Positions 24,718-38,714 of a stretch of 64,000 bases of DNA are shown piece after piece. The position numbers were made by a program, and so were the translations under genes. The DNA comes from Cystobasidiomycetes sp. EMM_F5. Its lineage: Eukaryota. Position 1 is the first letter of the stretch; every line of letters begins with the position of its first letter. The notes beneath the pieces were generated by a model, which ran no database searches, was not told the origin of the DNA, and saw only the letters and a list, made by a program, of their open reading frames with translations. The DNA is taken from positions 124,001-188,000 of the forward strand of contig JBPGPT010000021.1 of assembly GCA_051047955.1 (NCBI GenBank), given 5' to 3'.

Positions 24718-27245
24718 CTATGCTTCGCCAGAGGCGGACCCAGACTGCCCGAGCAGGTCTATCATATCTTTAATCTGTTCGTGGAGTTCTTTGCCTTGTG
24801 CAGCGTTTGATACGCGAATCGTGTAGTGTCGGATCGACCCTTCCTCGAATGCTGAAAATCTAATGAATTTGTCTTGTGATAGAGTGACCGTCATTTGCGC
24901 GTAGACATTCACATTGAGAATGAGTCGGTGCACTGCCTCTGCTCGCATCACTGCACAAGACAAAGTCAGGTGTCCATCAGCAATAATCGCCGAAACAATT
25001 GTATCAAACTCACCTAGTCTGACAGCCAGCTTTTCTCCGTCCGTTCTGGAGTTGAGGTGCAAAGTGCCTACGCCGCGCTCTTTCCACTCCTTATCGTCTA
25101 GAACGAATAGTTTACACCGAGGCAATGAGTACTGAACATATTCATCTTCCTCCCCGGTCACTAATGGAACTGTACTGTTTGATCAGCTTGCGTATGAGGG
25201 CTTAGATAGACAAGCAGTATGCTCACTGCCTGAAGCTAAAAGCTTGTTTGAATCGGGCGGACTTTGTGTGCCCTCAGTGTCGTCCGTGTCCGCTTCACTC
25301 TCCTTGGAGGCTGGCTTGTCAAAAGCGCTTGCTTTTCCACTTGATGTAGCAGCATTTGTGAAGGGGCTCGCGGCGCTGGTTGTTGCGAAGCCTGATCCAA
25401 ACGGCTTAGCCGTTGAAAGGTTGGAAGTCGCGGTCGTGGTAGTGGATGTTTTGGAAGCAAAGGGGGATGCTGAAGACGAGCTTCCGAAGGATGCGAAAGG
25501 ATTACTGTAGCCTTTTGAAGCAGGGGTGCCGCTACCGCTTGCGGCAGAAGATGATGAAGCACCAGAACTGCTGGCGAATGATCCCATCGGTCGACCGAAG
25601 TTTGCTTGTACGGTACCCAACTTGTTATCACCTGTACTTCCGCCGGATGCCTGTTTCGACGCGACTGACGTATACGCTGGGCCCCGCGCAGTTATCGATG
25701 GACTCGCTGGTAGTGATGCATTTCCTGAATCGTACAAGGCAGAACCTGATACTCCAGCTAGCAACGGCGTTGATGTGCTATCTGCTTCCGCAAGCGGCCG
25801 AGGGGTTTCTGGCGGGTTTACTTCTGTGCTGATGTCGGACAATGCATCGCTTGCAATATCAAAGCCAGTAGCGGATGATGATCGCGGTAAGGCTGACGAA
25901 ACGAGAGGATGGGGAGCCGATAGACTCGAAGAACCGCTGGCATGGACACTGCGCATGCTGGACATTGAGGATTGACGAGATGCAACAGGGGCTTGGAAGT
26001 GATAGTTGGCAGATTGGTCGCCGATATAGTCATTGTCGCCGGCTACTGACCCTGTTTCGGCTCGGACAGAAGAGGCGGGACTGGGAGGAGGTATGAGTGA
26101 TGAAGACCTGCCGAGCGCGTTCACTGCCGGCGCTGTTAATGGTGCCGAAGGTGGTAAACCATATGCTGCCCTAGTTCGGTCCGCTTCCGCGGAGGAATTT
26201 TCGACGTTATCTGGTTCAGATATAATCACATCACCTTCTCCGTGTGTGAGTCCATTCTGCTGATGTTCTGCTGCTGCTGCACTTGCAGGCATGTGTGCAA
26301 TCTCGGTCTCCACATCAGGCGGAGGAGGCGAGGAATGTGTAATTGAAGCATTTGCTTGATCCTTCGAGGACGAACTATCGACCATCGGATCATCACCGGT
26401 AGTCATCTCCTGTACTCTCTCACGCATCTCTTTCACACGCGTTGTTTCGGGTAGCGGTCGGCTTGGTCCAGCATTCGGTGTCGATATCGGTTTGCTCTTC
26501 AAGGTCGCCGCGCCCAGAAGAGGTGTGCCAGGAGGCGTGTTTTCGACATCGAGAATGCTGGAGTGCGTTTTCAGTATATGATCAGCGTGAGAGGGGGATG
26601 CCGGATTTGTCGACAAAGCAACAGGTGTTCCAGGTGGTGTGATTTCGAGTTCGTCATCGTCGCGGAATGTCTCGGAGCCGCGCTGGGCAACATCAGCTGT
26701 AGAACTTCCTCGAGACAGTATTCGCCTGTGGATTGAAGGAGCTTGCATGAGAATGGGTATTGTGTGTCTTATCAGCCACACCTTACCCTTTTTTGGCCTG
26801 ATGCTGCGAACTACCACTGCTCGCGAGGTGACTGATTTGGCCTCCAAAACTCGCTTCTTCTCCCTGCGGTTGTAAGCGTGTCGCAATAAATTAGATGGAT
26901 CAGTCCGAGCATGTTGATATCGAGGTTTTACTTGGCATCAGCATTAGTATCATCAGCGCAAAGACAGAGCACACACGCTTGGAGTAGTTGGGCCATTTTC
27001 ACGCTCCCGCTTGCCCGTAGACCTTGCTGGCGCATCTGCAGCGTCGGCAGTTTGACCAGCTAACCGATTGAATAGAACCGATACGGTGTTCAAGCATGCC
27101 GCAGCGCAACAAAGAGCCCTCAGTAATTTGCTACACGAAGCCATACTGGACACAGCTGAGACTGACCGCTGTCGCTGCTTTTGGTCAACGCGGTCTTCGT
27201 TGCCAGCTCTTGGCCAGCTGCATGCATATCGACCTCGCTCGACAT
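24718..27245 (-). CDS. YRB2: RanBP1-domain protein (Yrb2/RanBP3-like); multi-exon
   Basis: C-terminal Ran-binding domain TGEEDE...CKLFVL..WKERGVGTLHLN...VMRAEAVHRLILN; PF/FG-rich spacer; N-terminal KRERE..TP motif. Confidence 0.85.
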
Positions 27246-27465
27246 CCTGCGTTGACTGAGACGCCTTTCAGGATGGACGTGTCTGCTATCTTGGAAGCAA
27301 CAGCAGCGGTATGGTTGACGGATTTGCAGTATTAGCAGGTTGTGGACGGGGCGTCAGTGTAAAGGCACAACCGCGCGAACTTGAGGGACCGCAACAAGCT
27401 CAAACAAGTGGCAAATGTATCGACAAGTGTCTTAAAGCAGTGGGTTAGGTGCTTGCCTTGTGTTA

Positions 27466-28768
27466 TCATGAATGCACGACATCTCCACGGTAGACAAACT
27501 CTTTCGCTCCAACACTGCCGGTCCTGCCGTCCACTCCAAACGTAATCTGACTGCCATTACTCTTGCCTTCGCCCAATACTTCCAGCTGCGGCCAGCTTCT
27601 GCCATCAGCTTTGACGAGCGTCAACTCGACCTTTGTTCCCAGAATGCGATACGCGCTTGCGCTCGTATCGATAGGTCCAAAAAGCTGGTATGATCGCTGA
27701 AAGCGCTTGTTTCCCGCTAGTCGCAGATCAACAGCAAGCTCCCACTCATCGAATGTGATGCTTGACCTCCCTTTGTCCGCACCTTTGCCAAAAATGGAGC
27801 AGATAACCTAAGAGATCAGATAAGTATAAGCTGTCAGCTGGGTAAAACGCCTAACCGGAAAAGCCCTCACCTGAGTTGGAGTCTGATACATGTCGCTCCT
27901 ACAATCTACTGCCTCCTCGGTAGACTTGTCCTTTGCAGGCCCGACAAAACAATGTCGACCCTGCTTGCAGCCTGGAATCTGCAGAAAGTCGCTGAAGTCT
28001 AGCACGCGGCGCTTACAACACTGGACATGACAAAAACCGTGAGAAAAGGCATGAAACCAGGAGCTGACAAGCTTACAGCATATCCTTTGCTCCCTTCATG
28101 AAAGATAGCAGACAGAGGATGGTATTGGCACTCTTCAGATGACCTGCTCGTAGACGCATTGTAGACAGCTTTGCATCCTTGCCGTCTACACTGCGCTCCA
28201 GGCGGTATGACAACGTCCTCCGGATCCTCTTCCTCCGCCAGCTTGCCTGCATCATTGGCTACCGTGGAAGGCGTGGATGGTCGCGATTTGTAGACTGGCA
28301 AGGCAGGCGTCGCAGTCTTTCCGTTCGTAGCGGATGTTCCCCTTGGGGCATGACTGGTGGGCGCTACAGCCGATGAAGTATTTGCTCCTTGACTACCTTG
28401 TCCTGCGTTGGCCGTCACCACAGGTGCCTTGACTTCGCTCTGTTCGCTCGAGTGGGAGCCCGAAGTACAGCCGGGTATCTTCAGAAAGTCTTCAAACGAG
28501 TCCACTGGTTTATTTGTGTCTTTGCAGCATGTATACGACTTCAGACCCTCGTGGAAAAGAGGGCTGCCAGGGTGGAAGCGGCAATCCGCTGCAGAATTGT
28601 TCGAAGGATCATACTGCTCATCGTTAACATCACAATTGCAGAGACGTGCATGGAGTGCGTTGGTGGTCGCCGAGTTGTATCCCTCAGTCAGCGAGAACCA
28701 GTCTGGCCAAAAGAACATCGTAACTCGCATACCGAAACGCTGCAGCCGATTCTCGTACAAGTCTGCAT
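27466..28768 (-). CDS. CHORD-CHORD-CS domain Hsp90 co-chaperone (CHORDC1/Chp1-like)
   Basis: MQTCTRIGC|..CRFHPGSPLFHEGLKSYTCC; second CHORD CRRQGC...CQYHP..IFHEGSKGY; CS domain; ends TFGVDGRTGSVGAKE. Confidence 0.92.
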
Positions 28769-28982
28769 GGTGTTGCCCTATGGAACGTAGTTATGCATGC
28801 ACCTGAGCGTGTTCGAACAGAGCGTATAAGAGCTGGGTCAAGGTCAAGATGGTTTGCTTCGATCAGCCCTGGCCAAAGATTTGGACTGGCTCCAGCTGCT
28901 AACTTAGGCTTTGCTTCGCGCAAGTTGCTTCCTGAAGCTCCTCGTATCATTCTGACATTCACAAAACCCGGCCTATGCCCAA

Positions 28983-29826
28983 ATGGGATACGATGCGGAA
29001 TTCTCCTACGTTCCCAACGATATCCTGACAAAGACCGCCTTTTACGAACATGTATTGAGCAATGTGCAAGCCTTGCTCGATGATGCTACTGAAGCGGATG
29101 CGAGGCGTAAAACGAATTGGGTACGAGGACCCGTCTTTCGTAGATACGAGAAGTGCGGGCTGAGTACGCTTTTTAAAGAGGTCTCTGCCCTGTCGAGCGT
29201 TTCCAGCGTACTCTACAATTCCTATGCTGATTTCGAGCGAGGAAGTCATGGCTTTGGACATACCAATAGAGTGAATTGGACTGGTAAGGTCCCTTCCAGC
29301 CATCACGAACAGACAGCGCAAAGCTGAGTTTCATGGGTGACCGGCATCAGGCTTCTACGTTATCCCCTCAATCTACCCTGCTAGCTCCAAAGCCATGCCG
29401 ACACACCATGAAGATCCATCTGAGCTGCTTGTTGGACCTTACCATGGTCGACCAGGTTGTCTCAGGATTCCGCTGAAGCTCAAGCGTAAAGGCGTTTGCG
29501 CCGCAGCGTTCCTGCAGCGCCAGACGTATGTACTCGTGGCATCGCATTTCCCCAATGTCTTGACTGATGCCTGTTCACGTAGCGTTACTGTGCAAGACGT
29601 GCATTCAGTGCCTGGGCACATTGCCTGTGACGGCACCACACAGTCCGAAATTGTCGTACCTGTTATTTTGCCGCCTGACAATCAAGATGGTCAGTCAATA
29701 GCCGTCGCAGTCTTGGACTTAGACTGCCAGACAACGAACGCCTGGTCGGACGAGGACAAGGCTGGATTAGAAGCCATCGTTGCGTGGCTGACAAGGAAGG
29801 ATGGGGCGGTAGATTGGGCAACGTGA
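28983..29826 (+). CDS. GAF-domain free methionine-R-sulfoxide reductase (YKL069W-like)
   Basis: VNWT|GFYV, LLVGPYHGRPGC, GVCAAA, PGHIACDGTTQSEIVVP, VLDLDC. Confidence 0.92.
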
Positions 29827-30510
29827 TTACGTGATTGGAGCAAGGCGTGTGAACGAGTACAAAATGGCGTTGGCGTATCACTCAAGGATCGTTTCCGTCA
29901 TCAAAATCTCTCACATCCAGAATACGCCACTGTGGTGCGTGGATCTGCGCACTTGGCTCCCGTTGCCGGCATGAGAGTGCATTGGCAATGACTTATCCGC
30001 CGAAGATTGTGATTCCCCGTAATGGTAATGAATGGCACGGTCAGGGGTCTGGTGATACCAGGTGCACTGCATATCACAGCTAATGCGCTCCGAAATGCCT
30101 GCCAAGATGTCATGGACAATGACTTAACCTCGCGACAACCTTAATCAACGCCGTCTTCACATCCACGCACATGCAGCGCAGCTCCTGCCCATTTTTCGGA
30201 AAATCTCCTGCTTAGCGAGTCCTGTCATGCAGGATGAATCAGGCACACAATATCCCGCATTTAAATGTCACGTCCCGATTCATGCAGCCGGACATATCGG
30301 GGCGCCGCATCGGCGTCGGGCTCTTGATTTGTGTTCTTGTTCTCCTGTTACATGCAAGCTCTTTGTCAAGCCTAACCGACTGGCGAACTTTTGGGATATC
30401 GCGCCCTGACGTTGAATCTCGACCTCACAGCAATTATTGCGAGCAGACTGACCTTGTGGCGCCATTATCACGGCTGTCACATACTGCGCAAGGGCACTGC
30501 TGTTGCCGTT

Positions 30511-31879
30511 ATGTCTGCCATACCTGCAGAAATCGATCTGACGGCCCCACAATTTATTGCGGCAATCGAGATGGTGTTACCTCCATACTTGGTAGGGAGT
30601 CCTCTTCAAGCGGCGCTGCTTGGAGTCCTACTCGCCCAATACTGGTATATACTGGACAAACTTCGGTCACGGATTTCGACTCCATTGCACATTGTGATTG
30701 TGGTCATCATCATACTAAATGTATGCCATTCTGTTTGCGTCACCAACGTGAGACCTGCGAAAGCTTCTCCCGCCGAACCTGCCGAAGCTAATGTGCGGAA
30801 CTATTGCAGCTGGTATGGCACTACTCAGTTTCCTACGTGCACGCAATCGCGTACGGGATGTTTGACTTCAGTAAGATGATATAGCGAGCTGTTTGAGTAC
30901 TCGTTGCCAAACAGGATTTCACTCTGCAGGTCCGCCTGGCATCCTCGTACTGCTGTTTCTATACGTGATTATTCAAAAATTTCAAGTAGTATTCTTTGCA
31001 AGGCGTTGCTACATAGTGAGTCCGGTCATGTAGGCTAAGGCATGGGTTGACAAGCTACAACTTTCCTCAGGTGACTGGCAGGAACTGGATCATCGGCGGC
31101 GTATTAGCAACCTTGGTTGTCACCACTTGGGTCACCGCTAGTGTAACCTTGATTTCAGCTGCAGTCTACACGAGCCTCGGGAAATCCTATATAAATGCAA
31201 GTGCTGATTCACATAGGGCCAGTACATGGTCTACTGCAGACAAAGCTCATTCATCCATCGCACAGAGTAAGAACTGGATTTGCGCAACGCTGGCGGCTTA
31301 TTCAGGCTTCGATTTGCTTGTCTCCATTATTCTGGTCCGCAATTTACAGCGTCAAGAGCTGATTCTGTAGGTTCGACATTATGGCTTCATAGAGTATGGC
31401 TGCCGTCGACTGACTGGCGGCTCCCCAGCTACAAGACTGTTGTGAAGCGTGTGATTGTCGCTTCATTAACGACTGCGAGTGTACTCATCGTTCTTCAAAT
31501 CGCTCAATTCGTACTCATCCTTGTCGGCTGGCGGAGGTTCAACTACTACATGGCAATTGGGCTGCCACTGCCACGGATTTCCAGCATATGCGTGCTTGCG
31601 GCCGTAATCTCGCGCGAGAGTCATGCTGCCCGCCTCGACGACCTCGATATAGGACAAACAGAGCTTGCTGCACCTAGTGCGGATGTAGGTCATATGGGCA
31701 GTACAGCGTGCCGCAGGGATTGCACCACAGATTCAGGCATCGATTCTTTACGTACCATGGTGTCTTCATTAGGCTCGCCGTCCAGCAAACGGAAGGGCTG
31801 GGCAGACTGGAACGATTTGGAAGCGGAACCCCATTTCCCGTCGTATCTGCCATATCGGCGGGCAAGAAGTATTTCCTGA
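30511..31879 (+). CDS. Basidiomycete multi-pass membrane protein (DUF6534-like)
   Basis: PYLVGSPLQAALLGVLLAQYWY, QVVFFARRCYIVT, FDLLVSIILVRNL, VVKRVIVASLTTA, LPRISSICVLA; about 7 hydrophobic segments after splicing. Confidence 0.7.
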
Positions 31880-32010
31880 TCTCGAGATTTGGCTATGTAG
31901 ATCTTTTTATGCAACCTTGATAGTCCTTTACCGCGAATGTAGTGTTATCTGAATGCTTTGTTCGGTCCGCCATTGCTTTCTCGCACACTCGTCATGTTTT
32001 GCTGAACAAT

Positions 32011-35000
32011 ATGTTCACATCTGCGACGCCTGCGAAAAGGGTGCATACCCGCGCGTCTGCTGCCTCCAGACGGTCGCAATCTCGCGCTGGCAGCGTCGTT
32101 GCCGATGAAGAAGTCCCAGCAGGACCCTCCAGGACCACAATCAGCCGACGAGCTGGCAGAGGGACCAGCATAGCTCGTTCTGTCGCAAGCTCCGTCGCTG
32201 ACAGCACTCAACAAGGCTTGGATGATACTGTCGTCGACCAGGATGATGCTGACTCTCTCGAGGACCGGGGTATCCTGCTGAAGACACCAACCCACGCCGT
32301 CAGGACATTTGGATCAAAGCTGCCAGTAGAAGTGCAGCAGATACTGGCTCAGAACGGTAGGCGGAGGTGCACGGATGCCGCGACTTCACTACTGATGCTT
32401 GGCTTCAACATCAATTGGCCCCCTCCGCGGCACGTATCTATACTGCTACAGACTTCTACACAGAGCCGTTCGCAGCTCGCCTAGATAGTATTACAGGATA
32501 TGCATGTTTGTCGGGAAGGCATCATTGCTACGTCTGGAACTTCGTCCGGGTATGCATCCGGCAGCCGCTCTCGCTTGCTGCTATTATTGACTTGACATGC
32601 CACTCTGACGACCAGTCGACGAAATTCTCGCCAACATGCTACACCTTCCCCGTGCCGCAATCGGACACAATGTCACTATCAGCAGCCATGTTCTCGCCCG
32701 TACCTTTCACAGCGTTTGTTCCACAAGGCGCTGCCCGGGACCCCGGATTTTTGCTCATTGCAAGTACTGGTCAGATTCGATTCTGGAGCAGCCTGAGCTC
32801 TGCACTATCAAGTATTGATAAGTGCGCAGCATCGGATTTATCGCTTGAACAAGGGGAAGTCGTTCGCGACATGGACACAATCGAAGTAGGTGAAAGTTGC
32901 GCAACCCGGGACTGTTGATTGACGCATCCGCGCTATCAGACAAAACGCTTCGCGATTGCTACCTCTGGCAATCGCGTCTTTAGCTTACGTCTAGACGAGA
33001 CAGCAGGGCAACCTCAATTCCGAGTGAATGCTCTGAGTAGATCGAGGGGTGTGCTGGCGCGAGTCGGTGGCCTCTTCGGCAATGCTTCCGCGGATCCACG
33101 AGACGGCATACTCGGCTTAACGCATACGATTGCAGAAAGTCACAATGGAAAGCGCGCAGAACGCGCATATAATCTCTATGCTGTGTCCGACCGCAGTCTC
33201 GTGCATTGGCAGCTGACTGCCACAGGTGGCGAGATCTTCATTGCTGAAAACGAGATATACCATACCGTTGCCGCTGCTTTGGATGCGAGTCTCGCGGAAA
33301 ATGCGGTCTCAAGCGGATCAGGCTTACCCGACATTATACAAGCCAAAGCACAAGGGTAATGGTCGTAAGCTTTGCGGTATTTGCGAACTTATTCTGAATG
33401 GCGTCTGTCGGGTCACATAGGGACTCGATTGTACTGCTCGTCAGCTACGCTTCCAGCACAACTTCGGTAGCTGCTGCGAGCCAACGGCACTACCTCTCGT
33501 ACGCCATGATTGTCCTATCTCGGGGTGGGGTCGAAGACGTACTATTACTTTCACATCGCCAGGTATGTTTCCCGCAATTAGTATGCGCTAGTCTGATGCA
33601 GAAAGGTGTGCAGGAGCCCGATCCACGCCCTCTCTCCACTCCGAAATTGCTTTTATCGTCTTCTGGAGATATTGCCTTCATTGTCTTTGGAAATGTCGTC
33701 GTGATGACGTCTCTCACATCCTCGTGTTCGTGGCAGGCCGCGCGCACAGAAAGGTATAGCTGACAGCAATCTATGCACAGTACGATTTGAGGAGTCAATC
33801 TCGTTAAAGAATGCAGTGCAAGATAGATTCCTCGGCGGAAGCCTCTTATCACCCAGCGATTGTTTTCTCTTTTCAGGAAGCAGTGGGATCTTACAGCTCG
33901 ATATCGATATGACAGCTTTGAAGGCTCGTGCAAAGTATGCGTGTCGCAGGATTTCGAGTCGGGGAATGATCTGACGTTCAGACCTATTCAGGCCACAATC
34001 TGCGTTTGAGAATGTATCAGCAGCATCCCTAGAGCTCAAATCGCGACTTGACCAGGCCATAATATTCGGGAATCGGAAACTGAATCCCCTAGCCTTCGAC
34101 CTAACCAGCGATCTGTCTGGAGACGTGGTCGTAGCAGCAGAAGCAGTCTCAAAGGAGCTTCTTGCGAGCGGTAAGCGGATTCCGATTCTGTGTCCGAGGG
34201 TCATGAATAATTTGTTTTGCGCCGCACAAGCTTCACCCCATCTTCCTAAGATTATCGATCTCAGGGCTCAATTAGCGGATCGTGCTGCTCGCCTTCGTCT
34301 CCTCATCATTTTCCTCAATGACAACTCTCTAATGGGGAAGCTATCTAAAACAGCCAAACACCATCTTTTGTGGGACGCCGAAAAGATGGCTGTAGCAATT
34401 ACCTTGTGGCAAATACACGGGAGTCATCTCAGGTCAGTACTAATTCAGGGATGGCCGACGTCGGCTGAAGCTTTGAGCAAACAGCTCTGATCAAGACTGC
34501 GTGATAGCTGAAAGCATAGAGAAAATAGATGGGTCAAGTAGCTTCAGTGATGACGCTACACGAAGCTTTTTCCGTCAACAGATCGACCGCCTGAGGATTG
34601 TCCTGGAAGCTGTGGGCTCGCGATCAACGCTTGGCGATGATGCAGGGGCAGATCTACAAGCCATCACTGACCGGATGCTCCAAGTAGCAGAGGTTTTGAC
34701 ACTCGCTTACAAGACGATTACACGTTTCCGACAGGAGAATAATGTTATATACGGAACTGGTACAGACCAAACCTGTTTAACGGAGCCATGGTCATCCGCT
34801 GGTAATCTTACCACGCTGTCACGTAAGACGTTCGAAGGTGTCATGGCACTCATCGAGCAGCGCTCCACACGACTTGGCACGGCAATCGATAATGAAACAT
34901 CAACAGGGGCATCGAGAAGCTCCGCCTCGGCTGAAGTACAGCAACAGCAGGACCAGCAGCACTTGCTGAAGAATTACGCGGCAGACTTGGCCGATGTGAC

Positions 35001-36609
35001 TTTGGCCATGCACCAGGAGCGGATGGCGTATCTGGAATCGTAAGCAGCGGCCGCCCTAGCCTTAAATGTATGGGCTAACACACCGACTGCTAGGTCACAG
35101 GCGGGCGGCGCAGCTGCAATTGCTACTGAGCTGCGCGAGCTGGTGGAAACATATATGCAGCTTCGACCGCACATTGTCCGCTCATTGGGTACGTAAGGTG
35201 TAGTTGTTTCTGCATTTGCACTAAATAGGGGTCATCTCCACTGTCTGCAGTACGAGTAAACCGGGTGAACGCTGCCTACGATATTGCAGAGAGGTACCGA
35301 GACTTTCAGAGCCTGGTACAGCTCTGCCATGACCCCAGCTTTGGTCAGCCATTGCGGAATCAATACTTTATCGAAAAGTACAAGGAGGAGTACGCGTATG
35401 CGCTTTACGACTGGTGTATAGAAACAGGCCGCCTCCACGCACTCATGACGCAAGACAAAGTATACGCTCATATGCTCGCAAGCTTTTTGAAGTTACGAAA
35501 ACTCCATCGCCTATCCTGGTTACAAGATATTGCCGACGAACGGTTTGCGGAAACGTCACAAGCGCTATTATCAGAGGCGAATGTCGAAATCAAATTAGCG
35601 GAACAGAAGGTTAGATGATAAATGATGCAAATGCATTAAACAAACTGACCATTCTTGCCTTGTCCAGCTGATGTTAAGCTTGGGCAAACTTGCGTGCATT
35701 GCATCTTTACGTCGAGATGAGCTAGAAACCGCTGGGAGAACGCAAGATGTATTACAAAGCATCGATGATCGCATCGACATTGCAGCTTCCCACGACCGCC
35801 TCGTATCTTACTGTACAGCAATTTTCGATGTCAGAGACAACATCCGCTCAGCGGCTTACAGAGCCAATAAGGCAACCGAAGTCCTAAGTTCCGTCACTGG
35901 TCCCCAACAGCAGGTAAAGCTTTCCGCCTTATGAATAATGGAAAACAGGGTATTGCTAACTCAGCACACCTAGCTGGTATCCACGTTATTTAATCACTTG
36001 CTGAGTGGAAAGTCACTCTCGCAAGAAGACCTCGTCGATCTTTTCACACTGAAGCGCAACGACTCTGACGAACAGAGAGCCGACTCTGCGTATGCCATCG
36101 ATGTACTCATGCGGGATAGACAGACGCCACCCGCTCGCCGGCATCTCGCTCTCAAGCAGATATGGCAGCGAGTGTATCTCCATGACGAGTGAGCCGTTTC
36201 TTTTCCGCGCCGTACTGCTGTCGGGCTAAATGTCACCGTGCTCAGCTGGTCAAGTCTGCGCACATTAGCGCGATCTGCTCCAGATAACATTGTGGCAGAC
36301 GCTATTCGCAAAACAGCTTTGCATCATACCCTCTTGGAGTTGCAAACGCGTGGCAGCAATGTCGAATACGTACTGCGACCTAACGAAGCGCTCTCTACCT
36401 TCCCAGGCGAGGATGAGCAAGCGTATCGCGCTAGATTCAGCAACGCTTCCGACCCTCAGCGGTACTCGAGTTTGTCGATTGACGGACTCGTCAATCAGAC
36501 TATGACGCAAAATGCTGAGGTCAAGCGACTTGTGGAGAGTGACAGCATACGGCTCGAAGAGTTTTTCGATGAAGTGCAGCGTCTGGTTGCGGCCGGTAGT
36601 GATACGTAG
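32011..36609 (+). CDS. NUP133: Nucleoporin Nup133; many introns
   Basis: Beta-propeller region (HCYVWNF, CYTFPVP, RDPGFLLIASTGQIRFW), AYDIAERYRDFQSLVQLC, LSWLQDI, MLSLGKLA, IWQRVYLHD.W. Confidence 0.92.
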
Positions 36610-36797
36610 ACCATGATTGCTGCAGTTTCCCTAGGCAGCAGTCTCCCAGAAGCAGCAGGTGTTGTGATGGCAGGCTACACGAGTTTGCATGAAGAGTAAC
36701 GATACAACGGCTGGTACACACCTGGTCGACGAAACTCTGTCTAGGTTGTGCTCCCGTACAATGATTGAACAGCTAGTGCAGGATACTAATCTGGCAT

Positions 36798-38456
36798 TCA
36801 GTCGAGATCAATTACACCCACTCCGGATGGTGGTCCCTTAGCTTTCTTGCCTGCTTTTGTGCTCGCCTTGGAATTTGCTGCTGACGGATCTGGCTTAGGT
36901 GGCCTGCCACTGAGGGTAACGCCTGCGCCCGCTCCGGTAAAATCCGGCGGTTTCGGACCACCAGCTGTTTGTCTGAGCGTGTCGGATCCCTCTGTCGCAT
37001 TCGAAGGCGGTGGCTTGACTTCAAAGTCGAAAAACAGTACGCCTTCTGGTAGATGCAAGGCCGCTGGTACTTGACGTGTTCCAATCTGCATATCCGGAGT
37101 AATGATACGGACCTGATCTGTGCGAAATATTTTCGAGTCTTCACTGACACCTTCTTGCTTCTTGACAGAGATACCCTTCCCTCTGATGCGCTTGCCTGCC
37201 ATAGTGTTGCCTATGCCTTTGAAGGCTTCAAAAGCCGGAGCAGGCGCTGCCGCTGCAGCTCCTTCGGCTTTTGAAGCGCCAGGAGCAGTTCCATTCGGTT
37301 TGCTGCCAGACGGACCTGCCGGTGCGGGTGTAGAAGTTCCGCTTCCTCGATTTGACGCTTTGCCAGACCCATCCACGTCCTGAGTCTGCTTTGTATTGAT
37401 TTGCAATTTACTCTTCATTGTCGGTATGGGTGCGGCAGGTTTACGTTCTGGCTCTACGTAGCCTTTCGGAGCCGCAAAATCTACTTCGAGATCCGTGTTT
37501 AGGATGTTGATGCCGGCTCCGACGGGCTGTATCTCCATGACGAGCAGTTCAAAAGTCATCATGTTGTAGCTGATTTCGATAATGTCACCGATTGTGAGGG
37601 CAGTGTAGTTTCGCAGCGCTTGCTCGAGTACAGCTTTAGGGTCGGATAATTCGAGAAACATGACTGACTGGGCTTGTAGTTTTACAAATTTGCCTTTTGG
37701 AAGTTGCGTCCCGTATAGCCTGACGTTTTCGCCTTCTTGTAATTCTAGCCTGCGCATCATCTGTGCCAGTGAGGGATATCAGTGTACGGTTTCAAAACAA
37801 GATTGCACCTGTCAGTCTTACCCAAGAGGGCAAATACACATTGCCTTCTTCGCCGTGAAACTCGAGCACACCAGCATGCGTCTTGATCGTCCGCTCCTTG
37901 TTGGATATAAGCTCAAAAGTCCAGGGTGAAGCAATGTCCAGTTCGGCTGGGAGGGTGAGTGACATGTCAGCTGGAAAGAAGCGACATGGACGCTACGCAA
38001 GACTCACTGAGCTGCCTCAACGCAGATTGAGGCAGCATGACTGTGGACGTCAGAGCAAGTTTAGCTAATGTGCTTGTGCCTCCAGCACACAAACTCACTC
38101 TGTCCTCCAAACATGACCTGAGTCCTCCCTCCTGCGGTAGTATGGGCGCCTTGATTTCCTTTTCCGTGCGATATCTCGTACATGACGGACGAGAATGCCT
38201 TGTAGACCCTGTTGAAAGCGCCAGGAGGAGCTGGCATCTGCGGACCCATCTGGCCCATCATTGCGCCGAAACCGCCAAAGAGGGGGTTATTGAACAGCCC
38301 CTGCGCGTTTCCCCCACCACCAAATGGATGCATCTGCTGATGGTACGGCATGTGGTAGTCTTCATCGTCGCTGCCGTGTTCCGACTGTGTGAGCGTCGTC
38401 ACCGTCAGCCTGCCGCGTCGCTGCTGCGTTGGCTATCCCAGCTGCTGCCTCACCAT
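36798..38456 (-). CDS. UFD1: Ubiquitin fusion degradation protein Ufd1 (first exon appears to be ATG only)
   Basis: THAGVLEFHGEEGNVYLP, LPKGKFVKLQAQ, DPKAVLEQALRNY, TDLEVDFAAPKGYVEP; SHP-like FKGIGNTM and FTGAGAGVTLSG; ends VIDLD*. Confidence 0.95.
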
Positions 38457-38714
38457 GTCGGCGGTGTCTTGTCAATCGACGTGGAGGACGAGTCAATTAG
38501 CAGTTTGAGAGGAAAGGAGGTCAAGTCGCTTGCAGACTGCACGGTTGCACAGTACCCTGTGACAAGGTCAGGGAGAATAGGGGGCGACCGGGTGATCGAG
38601 CGACTTGGACAAATTTACAATACTTCATTTGTGCAAATGGGTCAAGGCTGCCGACACTCTGCTGCTGATAGCTCGACTTGAGGACTCGCAATCTGGCTAC
38701 TCGGCTGGATCGCA

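Noticed and set aside
26900..26955. Box C/D snoRNA in the YRB2-like intron
   Set aside because: Only ~56 nt, no C' box, no recognisable guide; the motifs overlap branch-like sequences.
28926..28941. Heat-shock-element-like TTCnnGAAnnTCC near the CHORD gene
   Set aside because: The third unit is imperfect, so it is too weak to call.
29901..30119. 72-aa minus-strand ORF between the GAF and membrane-protein genes
   Set aside because: No recognisable motif or supported splice continuation; it ends next to the GAF gene's 3' end.
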